From the NCBI GenBank assembly GCA_016748015.1, contig JAAOMT010000439.1, forward strand, positions 145,527 through 209,526: a DNA stretch of 64,000 nt, in the 5' to 3' direction. Shown one piece after another: positions 63,975-64,000 of the stretch. A program made the position numbers and the translations under genes. This DNA is from Geosiphon pyriformis uo1. Lineage: Eukaryota > Fungi > Glomeromycota. Positions within the stretch are counted from its first letter, which is position 1. Every line of letters starts with the position of its first letter. The notes below the pieces were generated by a model, which saw only the letters and a list, made by a program, of their open reading frames with translations, made no database searches and had not been told where the DNA came from.

Positions 63975-64000
63975 TTTCCTGGGTGTTATTTGGTATTCTA

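Overview
AT-rich eukaryotic DNA with short GT-AG introns. Gene content and repeat families look like a Glomeromycotina fungus, possibly Geosiphon (inference from recalled repeat-protein families, not checked). The window has two compartments. (1) 1-~21,000 is a nested transposon graveyard: a nearly erased LINE relic is interrupted by a solo LTR (4448-5255) and by a pogo/Tigger-type DNA transposon (5285-19745) that carries extra gene fragments. That transposon is itself interrupted by a complete but pseudogenised ~10.2 kb Ty3/Gypsy element (8640-18828) with an unusual layout: gag-PR-Cys-rich insert-dUTPase-RT-RH, an apparently separate integrase ORF, and an extra ORF. All repeats show almost pure C>T/G>A decay that deepens with nesting age. 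(2) ~21,200-64,000 is gene-dense: MAK16, PfkB/ketohexokinase-like kinase, HIS5, a coiled-coil protein, RPN10, a SAP-domain protein, Tudor-SN, ADA2, BPL1, an FHA-kinase-FHA Rad53-like kinase, PEX16, a C2 protein, KXD1, UXT, a ZIP transporter, OGG1 and an ANTH/AP180 adaptor, with one AT desert at ~50.3-52.5 kb. Best novel candidates: UGA-CUA stop-codon readthrough adding ~265 aa to the sugar kinase, a RIP-like repeat-restricted hypermutation signature, and the multi-ORF dUTPase-bearing Gypsy element. Multi-exon gene bounds and substitution counts were derived by hand and are approximate.
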